From contig OZ244207.1 in the NCBI GenBank assembly GCA_965216875.1, positions 224,001 through 288,000 of the forward strand: DNA of 64,000 bases, written 5' to 3'. This document shows positions 56,901 through 64,000 of the stretch, one piece after another. The position numbers and the translations under genes are program-made. Position 1 is the first letter of the stretch. Each line of letters opens with the position of its first letter. The DNA is from Rubripirellula sp. (lineage in GTDB: Bacteria; Planctomycetota; Planctomycetia; Pirellulales; Pirellulaceae). The notes beneath the pieces were generated by a model. The model was not told where the DNA came from, ran no database searches, and saw only the letters and a list, made by a program, of their open reading frames with translations.

Positions 56901-59461
56901 CAGGTTGCCGGCGATGGTAGTTCGATCGGCGTGACTTTCTGAAGTTCGCCAGAGGGCGAAACTTGAGTGATAAAGACTTGCCCATCATCAAGCGTGACGA
57001 CCGCGCGCCGAAGCACTTGGGACATCGAAAGATCGACAGGTTGGTTGGGAAGGTTCTGGACCGATTCCGCTTGGCTGGCCTGCGTCCACAGCCATTTCCA
57101 CTCCCAGCCGACGCGTTGGCCATCGGCTTCGACTTGAGCTCGAATGTCAGTAAGGATCTTGCGTGCGTCGCTAAACTCACGCTGCTCGATGCGCGCCTTG
57201 GCCAAGCCGATCATCGAGACGACACGTTCATATTGAGCGGCGTTACGTGCGCGGATCGCGACCTCTTGGCTCGCTTCGGCTTGCTGACGTCGTTTCTCTG
57301 CGACGTCGTACAAGTTGTCGGCTCGCATGCGCGCCTTCTCTTCCTGCTTACGTGCTTCAACAGCAACCTGCTGAGCCGTCTGAGCCTTTTCTTTAGCAAG
57401 CCGTTCCTCCGTTTCGGCCCGCCTCGCTTCACGCTCTGCAACCTTGGCGTCGTTGAGCGCTTTGACGGTCTCTTGGCGAGCCCGCTCCTCGGCTTGCAAG
57501 GCAAGCTGTTTTTCATCAAGGGCTCGTGTTCGTTCATCAAGTGCCTGTTTCGTTTGTGCGGTTGCGTTTTCCGCTTCGCCCCTTAACCGCGCTTCTTCCT
57601 GACGCGATTTCTCGATTCGATAGGTCGCGTAGGATCCACCGACCAAGATCACGGCTAGCATCGCGGCACTTGCGGCCACCAAGCCTCGAACAAGTTTCTT
57701 GCGGCGGTCACGCTGTCGAATCGAACTTCGTAGATCGCCGATCAATTCCAAGTGATTCGTGTTCGATTCATCGAGAAGTGATAGGCCAAGTTCATAGTCT
57801 CCCTTGTCCAGGGCGGTTTGCGCATAAGCCGTGCGCGTTTGCTCGAGCCCGGTGCGTGCTTCGTCGTTTCCATCCCACAGCCGAATCGCTTGCTCGAAGC
57901 CATGTGAGGCGCGTGCGAACTCTTCGTAGTCTTGGCCGCTGCGTCCTTGAGCGAGTTGGTCTTGCGCCGCGTTACACAAGTCGATACTTTGCGCATGGGC
58001 GCGGTACTGTCGGATGGCCGATTGGAAACTCGCGACATCGTCGTACCGATCTTCGGGTCGTGTCGCCATCGCCTTGAGTGCGATGTCCAGAAGCTCGCCT
58101 TCGTTTTCCGGGGCGACCGGTCGAATCTCGTTGGCCGCGACGGCTTTCAAACATTGACTGACATTGGGGGCCGAGTGTGGCGCGTGTCCAGTGATGATCG
58201 AATACAGCGTTGCACCCAACAGGTAGATGTCGCTTGCAGGACCAATTCTCGAAACAGGTCCGACGACCATTTCGGGCGCCATGAAAGCTGGCGAACCACC
58301 TAACCCTGTTGCTGGATAGATCGATTCGATCTTCTCGAACTCTTTCGTCGCGACGGCGAGGCCCCAGTCCATGACCATCACGACGCCAAAGTCGCCAAGC
58401 ATGATGTTTTCGGGTTTGATGTCGCGATGCACCACGCCGCGTGTGTGGGCAAACCCGACCGCATCCGATGCCTTGAGTAGGATCTCGAGGTTCTCGTCGA
58501 CCGATTTGTCATTGATGACTTTCGACCACGGAGTCCCGACGACCCGCTTCATGGAATAGAAGAGTGTGTTGTCGGCCGTGACTGCAATGTCATGGATGGG
58601 AACAATGTTGGGATGATCCAAGTCCCCCGTCACGACCGCTTCGGACAAGAATTGCTGTCGACGTTCTTGTTCGACCGCATCGAGTTTGCCACCTTGACGG
58701 AGCTTTTCTCGTTTCTTGTCACTTAGAGGTTTGATGACCTTTACGGCCAACAAGCGATCGAGCGAACCTTGCCGCGCGACGTAGACGTTGCCCATGCCAC
58801 CCTTGCCAAGCAATCGCACGAGCCGATAGTCGGACGGTTCAGCTGGATCGCTCTTGGGCGTGGCCACGCGTCGGCCACGGATCTGCAACTTCGTTTCTGT
58901 GAGTGAACGGTCAATCGCCGGCGGCAGAACGCTCGGGTCTTGTTTGCTGTCGCGAGACATCGACAGCGATCCCCAAAACGCAGCATCCTTTTCGGACATT
59001 TCTCGCGGGTTGATCGTTTCACCGATGTTGGCACTCTCGAGCATCGACGGTGTCTCGTGAGACGTGCGATGCCCGTCGGCGGTGGTGTCAATTTCAGTTG
59101 TTTCGCCGATCGGTTTTGGCAGCGGATTGCGATTCTGACTCACACGGACGCCTTGTTTCTCGTCGACCGTCTTGGCCGTTGGGTCGACTTCAAGGGTCGT
59201 CTGCAGTTCATCCGCTTCATCGGATTCGGAGTGAAGTGAAACGGTTTCGTCGATCGCAGGATCGGTGTCTTCATTCTGAGAGTTCTCGAAGCTTTCCGCA
59301 GTATGCGTTTCTTCGAGTTCGGGCAAGATGGTCGAGTGATCCGAATCGGCCGGGTCATCTCCTTTTACCGGTTCCGGTTTGTTGGGATCCTCGTCTCCAC
59401 GCGGCTCGTTGAGCGGTCGCTTGGAATCGTCGGATTCAGGTTGTGAGTTTTCGTTGGTCAT
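53933..59461 (-). CDS. Membrane Ser/Thr protein kinase with coiled coil and WD40 repeats
   Basis: LGKGGMGNVY, AVK, HRDIKPEN, DWG, APE; one TM helix; Glu/Ala/Arg coiled coil; many GH...WD repeats. Start set at MTNENS. Confidence 0.93.
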   Translation of the reverse strand: MTNENSQPESDDSKRPLNEPRGDEDPNKPEPVKGDDPADSDHSTILPELEETHTAESFENSQNEDTDPAIDETVSLHSESDEADELQTTLEVDPTAKTVDEKQGVRVSQNRNPLPKPIGETTEIDTTADGHRTSHETPSMLESANIGETINPREMSEKDAAFWGSLSMSRDSKQDPSVLPPAIDRSLTETKLQIRGRRVATPKSDPAEPSDYRLVRLLGKGGMGNVYVARQGSLDRLLAVKVIKPLSDKKREKLRQGGKLDAVEQERRQQFLSEAVVTGDLDHPNIVPIHDIAVTADNTLFYSMKRVVGTPWSKVINDKSVDENLEILLKASDAVGFAHTRGVVHRDIKPENIMLGDFGVVMVMDWGLAVATKEFEKIESIYPATGLGGSPAFMAPEMVVGPVSRIGPASDIYLLGATLYSIITGHAPHSAPNVSQCLKAVAANEIRPVAPENEGELLDIALKAMATRPEDRYDDVASFQSAIRQYRAHAQSIDLCNAAQDQLAQGRSGQDYEEFARASHGFEQAIRLWDGNDEARTGLEQTRTAYAQTALDKGDYELGLSLLDESNTNHLELIGDLRSSIRQRDRRKKLVRGLVAASAAMLAVILVGGSYATYRIEKSRQEEARLRGEAENATAQTKQALDERTRALDEKQLALQAEERARQETVKALNDAKVAEREARRAETEERLAKEKAQTAQQVAVEARKQEEKARMRADNLYDVAEKRRQQAEASQEVAIRARNAAQYERVVSMIGLAKARIEQREFSDARKILTDIRAQVEADGQRVGWEWKWLWTQASQAESVQNLPNQPVDLSMSQVLRRAVVTLDDGQVFITQVSPSGELQKVTPIELPSPATCATISDRGHVAIGTSAGEIILLDESLQQPKRWFVDEDKASGVNDLQFVAGYIVSASNDHAMRLWTQDGDALAVGWHIAPVQRVNAATSSDSNSRSIVVAAVAADESTGKVVVWNLNPKGAQFEAERVGDFVGHHAPVTAVALAPDLSVAASGDTSGNILVWNPRRVLPIDYQRAIEDSVAGVSGETTRPRSDDENDAEVAVLRDEASNRRFVSANSNFTTMATAHEDVITSLQLAADGTLLSSSQDYTLKLWDSRSASLKMTFQGHGGPISAASIVALGNDPSEQVTVLSAASDETLRTWVSTSYNEAAIISKPIVRLASPHDDAVWSARFSPDGRRVVSASRDQKARLMAIDPDTLAFREIAVLDDGETQVQSDELSEGSPFVGMSLAIDKHHGRLFIGSSDAVVRVWDLRRGVQLASVPGTGLNHSIAVSKSGELLLTGSSSTEHKAFLWSIDSSGRATIKHRLGTHQQAVTSLALSSDESLMFTGDRDGVAYIWSTATGQRLVGPIEVLRGDRINDAAFTPDGTRLLVASDKRQLFEIDVESGKPLQNQAHAGYVTHVSLSADGVMALTVSESLTRDRIESEATLWNLRNGSQRILESIDSPLQQKGRITSASFGNSNRLATISRSGSGASGSHSAKGPSVTLWQLDDRVDQSRVIQSSKIPDQLDAAQIAMPLSRQEIVTLNGESAFRWDLATTALNKSYRSHAAITQTGFSFDGRYVVTASRAIKIWDAATGKAVGKLESPHGGVVRSVQFSPVADASGDYLFVSGGDDGVVRTWLWSAKSQAFQPIHPYKTQNEQAVRSVCFSPSGQSLLATGSEGQVVVWNRHNTKVTFESSFGKNIAATCGQFSPSGNMIAIGGEDHFAKVWDLEHPESPITFRGHAAPISDVSFLGGGDQPLRLVTASEDKSARLWDLVVGKQHLLVVDATEIPQSGRELISLRRHTRGLTAVDVSHDDRLIMTAGRDGTLILWPAAEAPEIDLFERLQD

Positions 59462-59483
59462 CGGATTTGGACTGCGTCGCAGC

Positions 59484-62400
59484 TTATTGGCGGTCTCGGC
59501 CGCGAGCAAAGCGGGCGGCCGCCGAAAAGGGGCGTTTGCGTTTGAGTTTCGTCACGGCAAACGGCAACAGGGCGGTCGTGGCGACCATCGCTGTTTGTCC
59601 ATCGCGCGTGGCATTGTCGTTGATCGGTCGAGGATGTTCGGGCAAGACTGGCGGTTGCCAATCTGCTGAGTCTTCGGAAGCGGCTTTGCCTGGCTCCGGG
59701 AGCGACGGGGCGGTCAGGTCCGTGGGAAGGTGCTCGAGTTTGAGTTCGCCTTCGTCCAGTCCATCACTCGGCGACGTTGGGACACCATCCCTCAGATCAA
59801 AACGAAAGATCGAACGTTCATTTCCGTCGCCCAAGACATACTCGATCTCATAGCGTCCATCGGGAAGCCCTGGTGTCCCCTCCTCAGGCGATCCCTTGAG
59901 CAGTCGTTGCAACTTATCGCCGGACAAGATGTCGTTGGGCAAACGTGTCGGCTCGGCAAGATCCTGTTCGGCATTGGGATCAGGTGAAAGGACACGAATA
60001 CGAAAGTACTCTTCGCGAGCTACCGTGGCTGACGATGCCGACTCGATCGATTCGCTTTGTGTGTCGGTCAGGGCCACGGAAGCCTCGGTCGTCACAAAGA
60101 ACTCTGGTTGTTCGACATCCGGGATCACATCACGAACCGGGAAGAATGCAACCGGAATCGAAAGGTTCGGAATGATGAACGAAGCTTCGCCGTTGAGATG
60201 AGTGAGGTTTCGGTTGGGATCGTGAAGGGTGGGGGCATCGTTGTCCGTAGACGAAACGACACGATTCTGTGGTTGGCCGATGGTCGCGGGGAAATCGCGT
60301 GGCGGCAAACTTTCCTCGGGAAGCGGTGGGAGCGTTTCGGTGGCACCAGCCTGCTGGACCGTCGACCCGAGAACGACAATCGATTCGTGATGCCGAACAG
60401 AAAACCGTACCTCGATGGGTTTCGTTTCGGATTCACGATCGTTGAACCGCGTAAACAGGATGTTGCTCTCGGTGTATTTGTGTTCGACGTTCAACAGCGG
60501 CGGTGCGTTACGCGTCCGCACTGGGGCCTGAACCACGCGCGTTTCCCCATCATCTGGATCGCTGCCAGGGCCTTCTACCAAAAGCGGAACGTCATAGGCT
60601 GCGTCGGCCGATAGACCATCAATCTGTTGGAAACGAAACGTTGGCGCTCCCCAGTCAATATTGACGGTCAAACCACGTTCACCTTCAGCACCGATGTCGA
60701 GCGTCAAGATGCCTGTCGCGTTGTTGACGTCGGCTTGCTCGAGAATGTTGGTGCGGACGGAACCAACATCAAAGAAGGCGGTCTCGGGATTGTCGTCGGC
60801 GTCTTTGTCAAAGTCGATCGTGTCGACCGGACGAGGTGCGAACTTTCTCGCGACCCCTTGATCGTCACCCGTGTTGATCTCAATGTTCTCGCCAAGCGTG
60901 ATCACCCCGGTATCGGGGGTTGTACCCGCCAGCAAGAAAACGGCTGCATTCTCGCGAGAGACAACATCGCGAATCTCTGTCGTGGTCTGTGGATTTTCGC
61001 CGGCCGACTCAACTTGGAAGGTCATGGGAGTGCGAACCGTTTGCTTTTCGGCAACAAGTTGCACCGCGTCGTCCAATCGGATCTCGGTGTCCGATTGGAA
61101 ATCGATCCGACCGTTGGTTCCCTGGGCAAGCACTTCGGGGTCAAGCTTGAGGTCGGGGCCTTCGTCACGGACGTCAAAATCGACGACGTGAATCAACCCC
61201 GTCGCGCGCACCACAACCTCGCCATTTTCGGTGTGAACAATGTCGTCGGTCATCGCGTCGGACGATGCGAGCCGCAGATCATCGACCTCGGTCAATCGCA
61301 AGTCGCCACGATGGGGACCTTCAACAATCGCGGTGACGTCATTGACGTTGATGGAAAGGTCGACCGCTTGCTGTTGGTCGGGCGTCAGGTTGGCCGAGAT
61401 GATTTCCAGGTCATCCGCCACGATCCGGTTTTGGTCGCCGAGATCCGTGTCGAACAGATCATCGGCTGAATGAAGATGCACGTCGGCGGAATTGGCTGCC
61501 ACGACTTGCCCGACAAACAAATCACTTTGGTCGCCGCGGGTCGTCAGGCGAACATCACGACTTGTCGTCCCAGCGATCGAATCATCAATGGCTGACAAGT
61601 TCTCGCTGACGACGTCGACGGCGGTGAGTGGCCCGCCGGCGTCGACCGTGATCGCACCATCCTGCGCGACGACAGATGCCAACGTCAGGGGCGCGGTGTC
61701 ACGAAGGCCCTCCTGTGTCAAACGCAGGTCGCCGGTCACGGCCATCAATGATTCGACGACCGTTGCACGCGTCGCTTCCAGAGCCAAGTCAATGCCACCA
61801 TCGGTTGTTACTGCTTCCAGTTCGGCCAACCCTCGCAGTTCCAGTCGGTTTGTATTGCCAATGCCAGCGTCTGCCAGCAACGAAAGCCGGCGACTTTGAA
61901 GATCAACCGTGTCATCGGCCGACGCATCGTTGATCGAATCGGCGATCAAACTGACATTTCCGTCGCCCGCATTGAACAATCCAATCGGCATCGCAATCCC
62001 GATCGAAGCGATGAAGACGTCGCCATTCGCATTCTCGGTGTTGGCACTTACCGATGATGTTGCCAAGATGTCAACGAAGTTAGTGTCCATTCCGATGGCG
62101 GATGCGACAAGCGAGACATCGCCAGCAAGAAGGTTTGGTAGATCTGTGCCGCTTGCATCAGCGATCGTCCGGCCAGCGGTGACCGATGCGTTTGCGTCGC
62201 CTGCGACAATGGCGCTATCAAAAAGGAAGACGTCGCCAGACGAACGGATGTCGACGTCGTTGCCTGAACTGTTGATGGATTGCACAATCAAGTCGCCCAC
62301 CGAATCGGTGATCGCGACCTCGCGTGCTTGCACCGACTCAATCAAACGAAATTCGTTTCCGACGTTTGAAAGATTGATGTCAGATTCGGTGATTGCGACG

Positions 62401-64000
62401 AAGCGATCGGCAGTGATGGTCGTGCCGCCCGCTTGAGTGACTAAGCCGATGGCCCCGCCTTGTTCACTCAATCGAAGTGTTCCCGAAGCCGCTGATGTGT
62501 CTCCCAATTGAATCGACGACGCGTTGGTGACCACAATGGCTTCGGTTGCCCGGTTGCCAACCAAGTTGCCATCGGATGTGTCGACGCGTCCGGCACCAGC
62601 GTCGATTCGGATCTGTCCAGCACGGCTATCGACGACCGCATCGTTTTCGACGATTACCAAGTCGTTTCCGCGGATGATGACATCGCTCGCGACCCCCGAT
62701 CCCGATGTGGTGATGTCTGCAGCGATGCGCACGGTGCTCGCAGTTAGATCGAGGCTCTCGCCAAGATTCACGGTGCCATCAATGCGTGCCGTTCCCCCAG
62801 CGGAAAGGTCAAGGCTCTGAGGCAATGAGACTTCATACGCGATGGTCGCATCGTCGCCAGCGGAAACGTTCAGGTCGCCGGTACCGACTTGGCCTTGGAC
62901 ACGACCGGCAAGCGTCACGCTGCCAGCCGAACGGATGTCGGTTTGGTTGACCGGTAACCGTAGCGCCGTATCGAATTGAATGTCGCCGTCACCCACCGTT
63001 TCGACCAGATTGCCTGACAGAGTTGTTTCGGTTGCTTGAAGATCGATCACGCCACCGACAACCCGCACCGAGTTGATCTCGATGCGATCGGCAAGCACTT
63101 CGAGTCCATTCAAATCTTCCGCTGTCGGTTCACTCAAGCTGCCGAACGGGGTGCTGAAGGTCACGGTCCCGTCGACGTCGGCTCCACGAGCATCCACGCG
63201 CAACGTGTCGTTGCCAGATCCGGTTGAGGAGATTGTGTCAAAGAACTGAATCTGCCCTGCGATTGACGCTTGTGTCGCGCGGCCGGAATCGAAAAGAACC
63301 GTCCCCTCGATTTCGACATCTCCGTCGATCCCAATGTTTCCACCAGAACTGCGAACGTCGACATCGCGCAAAGCGATGTCGGATGATGACAATTCAATGC
63401 CACCCGTCGATGCCTCTAAGTCGTCGCCGATGACAAGCTGATCACCAGCTGCTAATCGAATCCGATCCGATGTGATCGGCGCCTGGATATCGATTGCTTG
63501 ATCGGACTGGATCACCGTTGATTGCGAAACCAAGTCGGCGTTCACCTCAACGGAATCGGCAACTCCATCGATCGCGATTTGGCCAGCGACTTCGAAGGCT
63601 TGTCCGTCAAACGCAACCGTACCAGCGCGCAGGATCGAGACGTCTTGAATCAAGTCACCTGCCGACGCATCGGCATCGCCGAGCAAAGCGAGAGAACCGG
63701 TGCCAGCGAGATCGATTTGCAACAGCGTTCCCGGTTGGAACGCCGAAAGTGTGCTTGACGAAAAGTCGATCGCAGCGTTTGCGCCAACGAACGATACATC
63801 GCCGGCGAAGAGGAGGTCGCCGTCGACGGTGAAGCTACCCGTCGCTAAATCGACTTGGGTCGCGGTGTTCGAATTACCAAGCACCACCGAGCCGGTCAGG
63901 TCTAAGGTGTCGCCGCCTAGAGCAACGCGGGGCTGTGGGCCGAATTCAATGGTGTCCGAATCGACGGTGACTAGGTTCCCATTGGATGACCCAGCACTTC
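59484..64000 (-). CDS. Giant secreted repetitive (beta-helix/adhesin-like) protein, 5' part outside the window
   Basis: The frame is open to the window edge; Asp/Gly/Ser/Thr/Ala-rich degenerate repeats; C-terminal hydrophobic stretch followed by a basic tail. Confidence 0.85.
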   Translation of the reverse strand, partial: SAGSSNGNLVTVDSDTIEFGPQPRVALGGDTLDLTGSVVLGNSNTATQVDLATGSFTVDGDLLFAGDVSFVGANAAIDFSSSTLSAFQPGTLLQIDLAGTGSLALLGDADASAGDLIQDVSILRAGTVAFDGQAFEVAGQIAIDGVADSVEVNADLVSQSTVIQSDQAIDIQAPITSDRIRLAAGDQLVIGDDLEASTGGIELSSSDIALRDVDVRSSGGNIGIDGDVEIEGTVLFDSGRATQASIAGQIQFFDTISSTGSGNDTLRVDARGADVDGTVTFSTPFGSLSEPTAEDLNGLEVLADRIEINSVRVVGGVIDLQATETTLSGNLVETVGDGDIQFDTALRLPVNQTDIRSAGSVTLAGRVQGQVGTGDLNVSAGDDATIAYEVSLPQSLDLSAGGTARIDGTVNLGESLDLTASTVRIAADITTSGSGVASDVIIRGNDLVIVENDAVVDSRAGQIRIDAGAGRVDTSDGNLVGNRATEAIVVTNASSIQLGDTSAASGTLRLSEQGGAIGLVTQAGGTTITADRFVAITESDINLSNVGNEFRLIESVQAREVAITDSVGDLIVQSINSSGNDVDIRSSGDVFLFDSAIVAGDANASVTAGRTIADASGTDLPNLLAGDVSLVASAIGMDTNFVDILATSSVSANTENANGDVFIASIGIAMPIGLFNAGDGNVSLIADSINDASADDTVDLQSRRLSLLADAGIGNTNRLELRGLAELEAVTTDGGIDLALEATRATVVESLMAVTGDLRLTQEGLRDTAPLTLASVVAQDGAITVDAGGPLTAVDVVSENLSAIDDSIAGTTSRDVRLTTRGDQSDLFVGQVVAANSADVHLHSADDLFDTDLGDQNRIVADDLEIISANLTPDQQQAVDLSINVNDVTAIVEGPHRGDLRLTEVDDLRLASSDAMTDDIVHTENGEVVVRATGLIHVVDFDVRDEGPDLKLDPEVLAQGTNGRIDFQSDTEIRLDDAVQLVAEKQTVRTPMTFQVESAGENPQTTTEIRDVVSRENAAVFLLAGTTPDTGVITLGENIEINTGDDQGVARKFAPRPVDTIDFDKDADDNPETAFFDVGSVRTNILEQADVNNATGILTLDIGAEGERGLTVNIDWGAPTFRFQQIDGLSADAAYDVPLLVEGPGSDPDDGETRVVQAPVRTRNAPPLLNVEHKYTESNILFTRFNDRESETKPIEVRFSVRHHESIVVLGSTVQQAGATETLPPLPEESLPPRDFPATIGQPQNRVVSSTDNDAPTLHDPNRNLTHLNGEASFIIPNLSIPVAFFPVRDVIPDVEQPEFFVTTEASVALTDTQSESIESASSATVAREEYFRIRVLSPDPNAEQDLAEPTRLPNDILSGDKLQRLLKGSPEEGTPGLPDGRYEIEYVLGDGNERSIFRFDLRDGVPTSPSDGLDEGELKLEHLPTDLTAPSLPEPGKAASEDSADWQPPVLPEHPRPINDNATRDGQTAMVATTALLPFAVTKLKRKRPFSAAARFARGRDRQ

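Overview
This 64-kb window is most likely from a Planctomycetota (Pirellulaceae-like) chromosome. That is an inference from three Cys-type sulfatases, DUF1080/ThuA/HEAT proteins, a DWG-type Ser/Thr kinase with WD40 repeats, a giant secreted protein and the REP families. Carbohydrate/sulfate catabolic genes lie at 1-12.1 kb and 22.2-27.4 kb. Housekeeping and transport genes follow (PPi-type PEPCK, hisF, purH, trpC, a glycosylation trio, CDF, OprB porin, TetR-RND pump), then the kinase and the 3' part of the giant gene. The main discovery is a ~9-kb integron-type cassette array at 13.18-22.21 kb. It has 15 co-oriented cassettes separated by 14 intact ~91-bp attC-like hairpins plus one broken one, and the core sites are mostly non-canonical GAAC...GTTC. 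A Pc-like promoter and an attI-like site are retained, but there is no integrase; a 211-bp REP tandem array occupies the position where intI normally sits. The cargo is dominated by orphan immunity-type proteins and lipoproteins. In 8 attC loops an ATG lies exactly 37 nt before the crossover G. In 6 of the 8 its reading frame fuses to, or stops at, the start of the next cassette gene, suggesting attC-encoded translational coupling.
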